The position numbers were made by a program, and so were the translations under genes. A stretch of 63,930 nt of DNA, filler included. It is 9 parts of 9 records of this genome, joined end to end, with 100 filler letters (N's around TTAATTAATTAA, not from the genome) between each part and the next. Parts side by side here need not be neighbours in the genome. Positions count along the whole stretch, not along the records: positions 17,989 to 29,378 come from SRR7504441_8479; positions 29,479 to 35,903 come from SRR7504441_8481; 7 more parts are not named here. The stretch is one strand, 5' to 3'. The notes beneath the pieces were generated by a model that had not been told where the DNA came from, ran no database searches, and saw nothing but the letters and a program-made list of their open reading frames with translations. Numbering within the stretch: the first letter of the stretch is position 1; each line of letters opens with the position of its first letter. Of the stretch, positions 18,331-30,184 are shown in pieces.

Positions 18331-20596
18331 TTAGCTTCGGTAGGCATAGCACATGTAGTTGCCCAAGGCCCCGAGCTCCTCGTCTGCGTCCACAAACACC
18401 GCGAACCCGGCCTCGCTCAGCAGCCGCCTCGTCTGCGCAACCCGATCGCCTTCGTTGTGCAGCTCCAGTACCTGTAACCAGTGATCAGCAACCTATCAGG
18501 CGGGGCTGGCACCACTTGCCGGATCTTGCCCCAGTCCTGCCGCCTGACCCCCTTGAGCACCTCCAGCTCATCCCCCTCCACATCAACCTTCAGCAGATCC
18601 ACTCGTCCTAACTCATACTGGCTGATCAGCTCCGACACAGTTACACACTCCACTTGGCGCGCCTCGGCTGTACTTAACAAGCTTTCCGCGTGCTTGATCG
18701 CGCCCGCGTACTGGGCTCGCTCCTGCGGCCTAGTGGTCGAGTACCCTGGCAGATCCGGGTAGAAAGTGTACTCCTTGCCCGGCTGTGTACTGCCTCCCAC
18801 CAGCGCCTGCACCACCTGCCCGCCGGCTTAGCCCTGCGCACCCCGCCTGGCGCACCGTGTGGCTGTCCGCAGCAGCGCAGTGGAGCTCTAGATTAGTCCG
18901 TAACCGCTCGCAGCTCTCGCGGCTCGGCTCAACACAGATCAGCCGCACTTGTTCGAGCCGGGAGGTCACAAACAGCGCGAAAAGCCCAACGTGCGCCCCT
19001 ATGTCGAGCACCACGGCACCCTCGTGCAGCGCTACCCCGCGCTGGGTGTAGACCCGTCGCACGAAGATCTCGCGGTAGATGTGACCTGCCTCCGACAAGT
19101 TTGGCGCACTCACCTGCTCCCCCTGGGTGAGGTGGCCACATCAACGGAGCGCCCACCCGCTGTCCGTTGGGCAGCTCCAGCAGGGCCTCGCCGCACTGGC
19201 CGCTCGGCTGCTCGGCGCACTGCTCTGTGTCGGCGGTCTGGAGGATCAGTTTGAGCCCGGCTTGCACGGAGTCGGCTTCCTGCGCCAACTGCTGTCCAAG
19301 TCTAGATGCGGCTGACACCACCTGAATCCGCCTCCAGTCTCCCACACAAGTCGCCGCACCTCGGGCTGCAGCGCGGCTTCGAGCACCGGGGCAAGCTGAG
19401 GCGGGTCCACGAGTTGTGCAGAGCTCACCGAGCCGCCCAACCCAGCCCAACCCACTCTATCGGCCCACTCTGGCTGATCAAATATCAGAGGGCACAGTAC
19501 CTGCGTGCACCCGGCCCGGGCGGCCGCGGCCACGGTCCCGCTCCCGCCATGATGCAGCGCGATGGCGCACTCGGGCAGCAGCAACTGGTGTGGGACTCTT
19601 CCGACGATGCAGTGCGCCAGCCCGTCGGAGTTTGCAGCTGCAGCTGTCCAGGCGACCGAAAGCTCGTGCCCGGGCGGTGCGTCCATGTGCAGCACCACCC
19701 CCGCCACCCCGCTGCCCCACCGCTCAGCCCCGGCGCCGGCCACCGACTCACACTAGTTCGGCCGCCGCCAGCACCGCCGCAGCCACCGGGCCAGCATTCG
19801 GCATCGCCCCGATCCGTGGCATCGACCCGAATCCGCAGTAGATCACAGGCCCGTCCCGCTTACCCAGGAAGGCAGCCAGGTCCTCCGGCAGCACCTCACC
19901 GCCGGCCGGCTCGGCCGTCCAAAAACCGACTAGCTCGACGGTACTGGGCCAGTAGCCGGGCCTTGGAACGAGCAGCTCAGATATTCCGTAGATCAGCGGG
20001 ACCGCGGGCGGGAGCGGGGAGTCGTCCGAGAGCGGGCAGCCGGGCAGCCCGAGGGAGTGCTCCCGCCAGCCCTGGAACTTTTCTAGAAAGAGGGGCCACA
20101 TCCAGTGCTCGATTTCGGCCCAGCACACCCGGCCTGCGGGCGGGGCCTGCAGCCGCTGCCAGAGCCGCGGGTGGGCGGCCCGGAACCGCTTGCTGAATCC
20201 AGGCGGGCAGCTGTAAGGGATGAGGCACGGCGAGACGGCTATGGCTGTGGCGCCTATGTACTGGGCAATAAGCCAGCCGACGAGCCCGAACAGGTTAAAT
20301 ACAATGCACTGGTGGCCCATCGCCAGGTGCAGGCACTCATCAAAGTGCGCCCGGTTCGCCGCCTCCCGCTCCTGCTCCAACGGCCGCTTCCCGCACTCGC
20401 CGGTGCGCACCGCCACAAAGCTGAGCCGCTCGCCGGCCGCCGGCTGCATAGACTCGAGCTGCACGGGCGAGGCGGCCACTGTGACCTGGCGGGTGCGTGC
20501 CAAGCCCCGGGCGAGCGGCAGCAGCGGGATTAGGTCGCCGGCGGTTCCCAGCAGCAAGAAGAACACGGGCGGCGGGTCGGGCGGCGGGTCGGGCAT
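18331..20596 (-). CDS. GT1 (sterol glucosyltransferase-like) glycosyltransferase fused to FkbM methyltransferase; 687 aa, 6 exons
   Basis: GT-B motifs GTAGDLIP, HWMWPLF, IYCGFGSM, VPHQLLLP..HHGGSGT..PLIFDQ. FkbM motifs IYREIF..Y, VLDIGAHVGLF, VDLLKVDVEGDELEVLKG, VVLELH. Introns 19712-19751, 19322-19359, 19114-19156, 18816-18855, 18472-18512; exons total 2064 nt. Confidence 0.85.
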
Positions 20597-20597
20597 C

Positions 20598-20789
20598 TCA
20601 GAAGCCCAGCGCCCGGCTTATCTGGACCGAGACGCTGACCCCAAGCGCGGCGCTCATCAGCCAGGACTCGAGGAAGACGTTGGCCCCGATGGCCAGCATG
20701 GCCGACCCGTAGGTGAGCAGCGCCAGGTGCAGCAGCCTTTCCCGACTCAGGTCCACGCGCATCCCGGCGGCGATTATAACGGACGTCAT
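20598..20789 (-). CDS. Small hydrophobic ORF (63 aa, about 2 TM) directly upstream of the GT1-FkbM gene
   Basis: MTSVIIAAGMRVDLSRERLLHLALLTYGSAMLAIGANVFLESWLMSAALGVSVSVQISRALGF*; junction reads TGA-G-ATG. Confidence 0.4.
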   Translation of the reverse strand: MTSVIIAAGMRVDLSRERLLHLALLTYGSAMLAIGANVFLESWLMSAALGVSVSVQISRALGF

Positions 20790-20823
20790 GGCTCCCGACT
20801 CATCAGGGCGGCCTCGGTCTGAT

Positions 20824-21371
20824 ATGGCACTGCGCGCCGGGGCTCTCCGGCCGGGCACGCTTGTCCAGCGGTGCCTGGAGGTGCTGGCAGCCGAGATCGG
20901 TCAGGTGCAGTCGCTGCGAGGCGCCTGGTCCCGCTGGGGCCGCCGAGCTGGGCCAGGGGTGCCCGCCGAGCTGCTGGCCCCGCTGCTGACGCGACTGCTC
21001 CTGGCACGCAAGCCGCTCTCCCGGGAGGTGCCGCGCCGGAGTGGTCTGTCGAGGCTGGCCGCAGGTGCTGGCGCTGTTCGTGTCGGCAGTGGACTCGCCG
21101 GAGGACGTCACGGCTCTGATGGCCGAGGCAAGACGGGAGGGCGGGCACCGTCAGCGGGCGGGGCAGGCGCGCTGGTGGTATGGGGAGGCGCTGGCCGTGT
21201 TGTTGCACCACCTGGCCCGGGAAGGCTGGAACGGTGGCCGAGCGGCCGGCGAAGGGGGTGAGGGCGTGTCTAGTGATTCAGGTGTGCCGGCTGTCGCAAC
21301 GGATCTGCGCCTCGCCGTACGCGTCGCCTAGTTGCTCCAGGGCACATTCCACCTCCTGGGCGCCGGATTAG
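20824..21371 (+). CDS. Small spliced protein with Elongin A-like BC-box N-terminus
   Basis: TLVQRCLEVLAAEIGQVQSLR-GVPAELLAPLLTRL after removing putative GC-AG intron 20921-20956 resembles the Elongin A/Rad7 BC-box region; 3' exons uncertain. Confidence 0.45.
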
Positions 21372-21591
21372 CGGATGGTTTTTATGGTATAATTAATACT
21401 TGTATTACAGTACGGGCGCATTGTGCAGCGTGATCGTGCTATCGGCGTTGCTGCCTCATAATAATGATTCTGGCATTTGTGTCTGCAGCTCGTACCTCGA
21501 CCGCTGTTGTCTCCAGCAGGTCGTCATGATCAGGCTAACAGGCGCACACTGGTGCGCCCACAAACGTCTATACAGAGCACACACACAGTCC

Positions 21592-21909
21592 TCAGGGCGA
21601 CCAGATCGGCGCACGGGCCTTGATCTTGGCGGTCGGCCGGCGTGGGGTGGTGCGCAGCGGCGGTCTGCACTGCTCGGCCGGGCCCTCGGGCTCGCGCTTG
21701 CCCAGCACGACCGCGCCCTCGGCGGTGAATTGCGTGCCTCGCGCGGCCTTACTGCCGAACACTGGGCGGGGCAGCCGGTCGCTGCTCGGCGCTCGTTCGG
21801 CGCCGGAAGCCAGGGCTGACATGAACCCGGCGAAGATGTCCTGCGCCTCCAGCCCCGCCAGGCCCAGCCGGCCCGGCAGACCCTTCCGCTCCCCTGCCGA
21901 GCCCGACAT
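21592..21909 (-). CDS. Hypothetical protein (3' end uncertain)
   Basis: ATG 33 nt from the divergent PLCXD start; open GC-rich frame; no motif. Confidence 0.3.
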   Translation of the reverse strand: MSGSAGERKGLPGRLGLAGLEAQDIFAGFMSALASGAERAPSSDRLPRPVFGSKAARGTQFTAEGAVVLGKREPEGPAEQCRPPLRTTPRRPTAKIKARAPIWSP

Positions 21910-21942
21910 GTCGGAGAGCCCCAGCTGCAGCCTCAACGGAAG

Positions 21943-23544
21943 ATGGCGGAGATCTGGCCCTGGGTGGTGGGGGTGGCGGTCTGGGTGGCGGTGGCCCGGG
22001 CCGATTCGGTCACGCTGGACGCGATCGACCGGCCACTGGGCGAGGCGGATAGCTTCCCTGGGCTTGCGGCGATCGGATCCTCGATCATGCGTGGGGCCAA
22101 GACCGCCGCCAAGGAGGCGGAGCATGCCGCACATCTGGCCTCCCAGGCCGCGGCTCGGGTGAAGGAGGTCGGTGGGAAAGAGGCAGCCCGGGCCAAGGCG
22201 GTGGCCGAGCGCACGGCCGCTGTGGCCAAAGCCGAGGCAACACAGGCCGCGGCCAAGGTCGAGGCAGTGGCGAGCGAGGGCGAGGTGCATGTCCGACGAG
22301 CAGCAGCGTTAGCGCTCAGAAAGGCCAACTCAGTTGCTAGCTCCGGAGAGGCGGCCGCGGCCGGCGCGTCGGACTGCTTTTCCAAATGGCTTTCCGAACT
22401 CGAGAAGCTGAGCAAAGCCTCGCTGAATCAGGTGAAACTGGACCTGGTCGCATGCTTCAGGCCCGCTGGCGGGGCCGCGGGCGGCGACGGCAAGCTGGCG
22501 GACTGGATGCAAGCGGAGAGCGCCCGGATTGGGGACCGGAGGCTCTCTCAGGTGACGCTCCCTGGGACACACGACAGTGGCGCGTACAAGATGCACTCGG
22601 AGCAGGTTCGAAAGATGCCCGACGGGTTCGCGCATCTAGAGAAGGCCGCGAACAAGCTGGGGATGGACCACAAGCCGGTTGTGGCCGCGATGCTCCGCCA
22701 ATGGGCCACGGCGCAGACCAGGCCGGTATTGGGGCAGCTCCAACTCGGGATAAGATACCTGGATCTCAGAGCGTGCTACATGGACAGTAGCTCGGGCGGC
22801 GGTTGGGTGGTCCATCACGGACCTGTGCCAGGGGAGCCTATCAGTGCCGTCCTGGCAGACGCCAGCCGGTTCTTGAATGCGCATCCGGGGGAGGTGGTAA
22901 TGATAGAAGTGTCTCACATGTCTGGTGAGTGCTCCGACGGAACAGTCACTCCCGAGCAAACTGCAGGGTTATTAAAAGAGCTGAAGCAATCGTTCGGAGG
23001 AATGCTTGTCCCCGCGGCTACCGGGATGCAGTCGACGATCAATGAGCTAGTGCACAGAGGGACACGGGTGGTGGTGGCGATGCCAGGAGTAGAGGACCCT
23101 GTTATTTTCAAATCGGATCTGTTCGTAAATGACTACGCCAACACGGACCACGTGGACAAAATGGTGGCACACAACACCGAACTAGTGGCACGGCTGAGGT
23201 CTGTTGCTAACCGGACCAGCCTCACGAAGCTATCGTGGACTCTAACGCCGACCCCAGACTCCGTGGCCAAGAGCATCTTCGCCTGCGGAAGCAACGCTGA
23301 CCCAGATAACACGGCCAACGGTCGAGCTGCGACCAGCCTGGTTGAACTTGCGGGAGTGGCGAATAGCCGGTTTGTGTCCTGGTCGAAGCAAAACGGCGGG
23401 GTGCTGCCCAATGTGATCTTGTTTGATGATCCCACCGAGGCGGTGATAGAGACGACATGCAAAGCACCAACGGCCACCTTGGAGGAGAGCCGGAGTGATC
23501 TGGTACGGCTGGATCGATTGCTTTACGAGACACAGCGGGCCTGA
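21943..23544 (+). CDS. Secreted PI-PLC X-domain protein (PLCXD type) with Ala-rich helical N-region
   Basis: Signal peptide; LSQVTLPGTHDSGAY, WATAQ, QLQLGIRYLDLR, HG, FLNAHPGEVVMI, NVILFD. Confidence 0.9.
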   Translation: MAEIWPWVVGVAVWVAVARADSVTLDAIDRPLGEADSFPGLAAIGSSIMRGAKTAAKEAEHAAHLASQAAARVKEVGGKEAARAKAVAERTAAVAKAEATQAAAKVEAVASEGEVHVRRAAALALRKANSVASSGEAAAAGASDCFSKWLSELEKLSKASLNQVKLDLVACFRPAGGAAGGDGKLADWMQAESARIGDRRLSQVTLPGTHDSGAYKMHSEQVRKMPDGFAHLEKAANKLGMDHKPVVAAMLRQWATAQTRPVLGQLQLGIRYLDLRACYMDSSSGGGWVVHHGPVPGEPISAVLADASRFLNAHPGEVVMIEVSHMSGECSDGTVTPEQTAGLLKELKQSFGGMLVPAATGMQSTINELVHRGTRVVVAMPGVEDPVIFKSDLFVNDYANTDHVDKMVAHNTELVARLRSVANRTSLTKLSWTLTPTPDSVAKSIFACGSNADPDNTANGRAATSLVELAGVANSRFVSWSKQNGGVLPNVILFDDPTEAVIETTCKAPTATLEESRSDLVRLDRLLYETQRA

Positions 23545-23838
23545 TCCGCGGATCAATGTCTACATGGTATACTGCACGTAGGATATTGAATTTATTACCC
23601 GGCTGTGTGGCTGACTGTCTGTAACACAAATCATGGTCCCTAGAATGCAATTATTACAAGCGCTTTATATAGAACAAGTGATACAATCATGCAATCGTGC
23701 ACGTATGATTCGATATTAAAGTGCACAAGAAACTTTAGATTAGTTTGCACTTGTAAGCTCAGATATCGATACTGAAGAAAAGTCAGTACGTGTAGAGAGC
23801 CCATCCCAAACAAGGCAGCGCACCCAGATGACTTGGCC

Positions 23839-26083
23839 TCACAACTTGGCCTTGGGGGCAGAGTTGAGCTGAGCGTACATGCCGTCAATCTGCGACATAT
23901 ACTTGTCCTTAGCCTGCGGCCGCTTGAGCTTGAATGTGGGAGTGAGGCAGCCGTTGTCCACCGAGAACTCCTCAGGCTCCACATGGATTGCCTTGACCAT
24001 CTCGAACCCCTTGAGCTCGGCCGCTTTGCTCACCTTGGTCATCTCGTCCAGGATCGCCTTGTTCACTTCGGGCGTCGCACACAGCGCGGCGTAGCTCGCT
24101 GCAGAGATCTTGCGCTCCTTGGCCCACGGCTCCAAGTGCTCGACGTTTGGTACCACGATCGCCACCAGCACCGACTGCAGCGAGTCGCCATACACGAAGC
24201 ACCTGCCCGATCATCAGCCTCGGCTGAGCGGGGCACTTACTGAGCGATGAACGGACTCTGGATGAGTACATTCTCAATCTTCTCAGCGGCCACATACTCG
24301 CCCTGGCTCAATTTGAAAATGTTCTTCTTCCTGTCAATGATCTTGAGCTTACCATCCGCAGTCCACAGCCCGATATCGCCGGTGTAGCACCAGCCTTCCG
24401 CGTCGATCGCTTCGGCTGTTTTGGACTCCATCTTGTAATACCCTTGGAACACATTAGGTCCTCGGAAGACGATTTCTCCCCGCCCGAGACACTTCTCCGG
24501 GCTGCCCTTCTTGCTGTCGTGCACCCGGTCGGTCTGCCGGTAGCCCATCTCCGGGACGTCATCCAGCCGCACCTACCTCTGCTCTCAGCTGCTCCGCCCG
24601 ACGCAGGCAGCACCTCGTTGCATGGCAGAGGCGGCCCGACATGCCCGAGACTGAAGTCATACTGGTTAGTGAGCGTGATGGCCGTGGACGACTCGGTCTG
24701 GCCGTACCTGCCCGGCGCTCAGCTCGGGGCTTCACTGGTCGGCACCCTTCGAGCACGGGGACACCGAACACAGCGCGGAGAAAATTCATCACGGTGCTCG
24801 AGATCGGGGCCGAACCGGTTACCATCATCCTCAGTCGGTCAAACCCGAGTCGCTTCTTGAGCGGCCCGAAGACCAGTGTGTCCCAGAGCATGTGCGAAAG
24901 GGCCGAACCGTCCGAGCCCGTCTTAAGATACTCGGTCTTAGTAGCGAGAGCCTGCCTGAACAGCATAGCCTTCACACCACCGGCTTCCTCCACACCGGCC
25001 AGGATCTTGTCATACACGCGGTTGAGCAGCCGGGGGACCGACGGGAAGACGGTCGGGCGCAGGGTGGCCAGGTCCTCCAGGATCTTGAGCGTGTCGCCCT
25101 GGTAGAATCCGATGCAGCCGCCTCCGTACACCACAGCCATCTGGATCGCACGCTCGAACACGTGCGGCAGCGGCAGATACGAAAGGTGGACGTCGGTGGC
25201 GAACATCTCAAGGCCGACCGCCTTGGTGGCGGCCAGGCAGCTCACAAACCCCTCGTGTGAGATCATCGCACCCTTTGAGTCTCCAGTCGTCCCCGACGTA
25301 TAGCAGAAGAATGCCAAATCCTTGCCGGAGGGCGGCTGGATTGGGTGCTTGTGCTGAGCCCCGATCCGCTCCACTTGCTCGAAGCCGATCAGCTGCACCC
25401 CGGCCTGGTCGGCCTTTTGCTGCAGGTCTGCAGTGATCGGATCCATGAGGATCACAGTCTTCAGACTCGGCTCATCGCAGACTTCGAGCACCTTGAGCAC
25501 AACCTCAGCGCTGCACACCACCGCCGACAGCGAGGTCTGCTTCACGACGTACCGCACCGCCTCAGCCCCCAGCGTGTCGTATAGCGGCACGGGCGCGATG
25601 CTCTGCATGTAGCACCCATTCTCCCCGTAGAACCTGTCCCAACGGCTGGCCCTCGGGCCCCAACGGCCGACCGACCACTCCGGGCGGTTCTTGGCGTAGA
25701 ACCCGAGCAGCTTGAGCCCGTCCGGGTTGGGTGGGCAGCAGCCGAGCTCAACCAGCCCGCTGCCGAAGTTGGAAGCCCGGTCAAAGCACTCCGCGTAAGT
25801 GGCCCACACATAGTCCTGGGCCGCCCCGGTGGCCTTGTCGATCGGGCGCCATCCGACGGCCGGCTCGTTCGGGTTGAGGCTGACGGTGCGGGCGAAGTTC
25901 TCATACATTGTGAAGATCCTGCCGAAAGCCGCCGGGTGAGCCGGCGATGCCGCCGGGGCCGAGGGCGGACCTGCCGTCCACGGAAAGCTCAGGCCCGCGG
26001 AGCAGGGCAGAGCGGCGGATCGGGCCGTGCTTGCCCGGCTGGGCCGAGTTGGGCACTTCGTAGGTATAGCTCTCTTCAGCCAT
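23839..26083 (-). CDS. Long-chain acyl-CoA synthetase, probably peroxisomal; multi-exon
   Basis: CYTSGTTGDSKG, YLPLPHVFER, EGYGQTE after splicing, TGDIG, IIDRKKNIFKLSQGEYVAAEKIEN, LTPTFKLKR; C-terminal AKL is a PTS1 signal. Confidence 0.95.
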
Positions 26084-26186
26084 TCGTCACCGGTGGAGCG
26101 CCTGTAGACAGGTTTGTCCGTTAAGCCAACGGACAGCCTGAAAAGCTACATCTGAAGAGCGGCAAGAGCCAGCAAATCCTGAGTCA

Positions 26187-28780
26187 ATGGCTACTATGCT
26201 CAAGCCTTTCCTTGCGGCCATCTTCCTTGCGGGTGACGCCCAGGGAGGCCGGCCTCTTGCTGAGAATAGGGCCGCAGGCGCCCTGGCCTCGCCCAGCTGC
26301 AACACCTTCAGCGACTGCACCAGCTGCGCCTCGCACGACACGGTGCGGGCCTGCTTGCTTTCAAGTTTTAACACAGCCTTGGATGGCAGTGGCTGCCGGG
26401 CCAGTCGTGCCGGTGGTGCCCCAAAGAGGACGGGACCAACTGCCATGCCGAGGGCTCGGTTTATGACACCTGCAGCTCGCACGAGCTCATCACAGACCCA
26501 AAGAAGTGCCCAGACTCGCCATCCCCACCCCCGGCCCCCATGCCGCCGGCCCCGACAAGCACCCTGATCGAGAAGGTGGTTGCCGAGCTCTTCAAGATCC
26601 TCGGGATCAGCGACGTTGACGCCACCATCTGCGTGAGTGACGTGGGCGGGGCCGAAGTCTTTTTCAAGGATTTCGCGGCTGAGATCGCGGCCAAGAACTA
26701 TTCGACCGGCGTCTCGGACCTGGCTCGCGGGCTCTCCTCGCTCTCGTCCGCAGTGGCCGACTGCAAGCTGACCGAGGTCCAGGCCAAGATCGATACGCTG
26801 GCGGCTGCGGTCCGGTGGGCTAACATCTCAACTGCTGGGTTTGACCACGACGTCAAGATTGTTGTGGACGCCTCCGACCTTTGGAACGACATCGCCGGGC
26901 TCGCCAAGGCGGTGACCAGCGAGGATCCCACCGCAATCGGCGCGGCGATCGGTCAGCTCTTGGGAGATTGGACTAGCATCAGCGGTGGATGTGGCGCTAA
27001 CTCCACTGCCTGCAAGTTCCTAGATGGCTTGCTCCGGATGGTGCAGGTGGTTGCCACCAACGTGGCCCCATGCGAGGCCGCAATCGAGCCGGCCATCGCC
27101 AACCTCTCCTCCGGCTTCCAGCTCTTCAGCCAGAAGCAATACAAGGCCGCCATCGGAGCCATCGCCGGCGGCATGGATGACCTTGCTGTTGGACTCGCCA
27201 ACGACGCTTGCGGTCTGACCAAAGTGGCCAGCGTGCTCTCGGCCGTGGCTCCCCGCCTGGCGGGGGCGATCGTCAAGATTGAGAACTCGACTGCCGTGCA
27301 TATCCTTGTCAATTCAGCGGATGTGTACCACGAGCTCTACATGGCAGCCAAGGACATTGAGACAGGAAACGCTGCCGACTTTGGGGTTGAGATGGGCCTG
27401 CTCCTGTCCAAGCTCCGGAGCAGCTCCTGCAACAGCTCCGCCTGCGAGGTGCTCGAGGGCCTTCTCTCCGCTCTTCAGATCGAGGCCAACGACTGGGCGA
27501 CTTGCTCAAAAGACCTCGACGCCGCATGGACTGCAGTGCCGGCCGCGATCGCCCAGTTCGAGGCCAAGAAATACACTGACGGCCTGAAAGACCTCGGGAC
27601 TGCCATCACCTCACTGGCAAGCTCAGTCAATGGCTGCGGTGCAACTCAACTCGCTCAAGTGCTTGAAGACCTCGCGACCAAGCTTGGCAAGCCTGCCCTG
27701 GCCACGGAGATCGGCACGGTTGTGCAAGTGCTGGTGGAGGGCGCCGACCTCACCCTCGATCTGCAGAAGCTCACCAACGACTTCAAGGCAAGCTCGTGGC
27801 AGTCAGTTGGCCAAGACCTTGGCACGCTCTCCTCCTGGCTCCAAGCGACCGGCTGCAAGTCGTTCGTGTGCAAGCTGGTCGAGGGCCTGCTCCAGGCGGC
27901 CGCCATCCCGTTTCAGAACCTGGACGCCTGCGAGGCCGATCTCAAGAGCACTGAAGCCGACTTTGTCGCTGGAGCGGCTGCACTCGGACATCGCCAGTAC
28001 AGTTCTACCGTCAAGTACTGGTCGTCTGCGCTCAACTACGTGGCCAAGGCCACCTCGGACTGCGGGCTGGCCTCGGAGCTCAGCTTCCTGGAGCAAGAGG
28101 CTAATCTGCTCGGGTTCGGGAATGTTTCCATCCTCGGAGAAGCTGCACAGGTGATCATTCATGGCAGTGACTTCTACGAAGAGCTCTACGGGGCGTTCGT
28201 GGCATTCGAGCAGCACGACTACCGGACGGCCGGGTCGGACCTGGGCAAGGTGCTCGACCAGTTGAGTCAGTGGACCACAAACCACTCTTGCACAGCGCCT
28301 GTGTGCTACGTGGTAGAAGGTATCATGCAGTTCCTCGGAGACATCCAGGGCGACATCAAGCATTGCGAGGCAGACCTGCAGCTCTCGTGGGGCAACTTCA
28401 GCGCCGCGTTCAGCGAGCTCCGGTCAGACAAGCTCGAGCAGCTCACAATCAAGCAGCAGTACCTCTCCAACGGAGACTTCGGTTTCACAACTGATCCGAG
28501 CAAGATCAAGGCTGGGATCAAGGACATTGGCGAGGGCTTCAAGAACATCGCCTCTGGGGTCTCCGACTGCCACCTCTCAGAGCTCTCTCAAGTGCTCACT
28601 GCACTCGCGGTCAAGCTTGGAATAGCGCCTGAGGTGCAGTGGGTCGAGGAGATCCTCAAGATCCTGATCAACGGGGTCGAGATCGAGAACGAGATCGGGA
28701 GCGCCTGCGTCGACTGGAGCGACGGCAACTGGGTCGGCTTCGGGTACAACGTGATTGCGCTGATCAAGAACCTGCTCTAA
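26187..28780 (+). CDS. Secreted protein: PSI-like Cys-rich domain, Pro linker and five about 145-aa helical repeats
   Basis: Two 5' introns join a signal peptide to CNTFSDCTSCASHDTWLPGQSCRWCP..C..C and on into the 746-aa ORF at 26540; repeats visible in the translation. Confidence 0.75.
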
Positions 28781-29106
28781 AGAGCTTCTTGATTGAACAA
28801 GATCATTGCAGGCAGGTTACGTACACGACTAGATGCTTTTGAGATTTGCCGCACAATTCGATATGAATATGTAGACTAGACAAGGAGTGTATGAATAGTA
28901 AAGCTATTGATATGCATGTGAACGCTCGAGTTTGATTCTAGATCTAGAACTTTTTGACAAATTTTTTCATTGAACATGATCCACCACCGTACTAAAGAGA
29001 CTAATTAAGAAGAGAGAATGATCAAAAGAGAGCAACAGCCGAGTCTTCAAGCTGAGCTAGACTGCTCGCGTCTGACATTTGTCAAGCAAGCTCTTGGGTA
29101 GCAAGT

Positions 29107-29378
29107 CTAGTAGTACCCACGGCCAGCGTATGCCTGCCCCCCAGCTGCTTGCTAACACCCCAGAAATGTTAGGGCAAGAAATCATGACAGATCAAGCCAA
29201 GAACAAGACCGGCCAAGCCGACAAGCCCGCTCAAGCATCCGCGAGCTCGGGCCGCTCATCGGCCGGTCAAGCCTTCCTTCTACAGATTCAACAACAAGCG
29301 AGGGAGCTCACCCCGTATCCGTATCCGGCTCCGTAGGTGGACGGGTAGCCGTAGCCGTAGGCCGAGCGGCCGTAGGCT
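29107..29378 (-). CDS. Tyr/Gly-rich protein, 3' fragment
   Basis: AYGRSAYGYGYPSTYGAGYGYG, then intron 29134-29311 (GTGAGC..GGGCAG), then AYAGRGYY*. Confidence 0.55.
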
Positions 29379-29478
29379 NNNNNNNNNNNNNNNNNNNNNN
29401 NNNNNNNNNNNNNNNNNNNNNNTTAATTAATTAANNNNNNNNNNNNNNNNNNNNNNNNNNNNNNNNNNNNNNNNNNNN

Positions 29479-29803
29479 TGCGGATGAGGCTGCTAAGGCT
29501 GAGGAAGAGGAGGCTAAGGTGAAGGCCGCTGCGGATGAGGCTACAAAGGTGCAGGCTGCCGCTGAAGAGGACGGTGTTGGAGAGAAGGCAACACAAGCAA
29601 CGGCTAAAACGCACACGGAAGCGGCTACAAAGGCCGTGCCGGCTCTGGTTGAGACTGAAGATGCCGAGGCTGTGATGCGTGCTGAGGCCGAGGCTGAGGC
29701 AGCTGCCAAAGTGCAAGCTGAAGTTGAAGCTGAAGCGGCGCTGGAAGCTGAGCTGGCCGAGGCTGAGGCTGAGGCACAAGTTCATGCTGCTTCCACCTTG
29801 TAA
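29479..29803 (+). CDS. Ala/Glu-rich low-complexity protein, 3' fragment
   Basis: ADEAAKAEEEEAKVKAAADEA...AEAEAEAQ from contig edge to TAA followed by AT-rich sequence. Confidence 0.55.
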
Positions 29804-30184
29804 GTCACTGTCATGCGCGTGCACTGGAGGCAACTAAGAAGTCACCACGTGCACGCTCTATTAGTGGAAAATGGCATGACGACATTGCAATTATTGTATC
29901 TGCATGGTGTCTACGTACGTACAATCATGTGGTACGAGTATATAGATGTAACGTTAGAGCGGAACCAGGCGGAACGCGTACTAAGCTAAGTAAGCTTACG
30001 CTTAATTGTGTTGTACTCGTAAATTGATTAACATGCATGCAAATGTTGCTCTAACAATAAGATAGTCGCGATTACAATCGGTTTGAGATGCCACTTGAGT
30101 CTTGAATTGTGATTACGTACGTATACCGTATGGGTCATAATTATGAGTTCGAGTTCGTACGAGTACATGATTGTACGCAATGGA

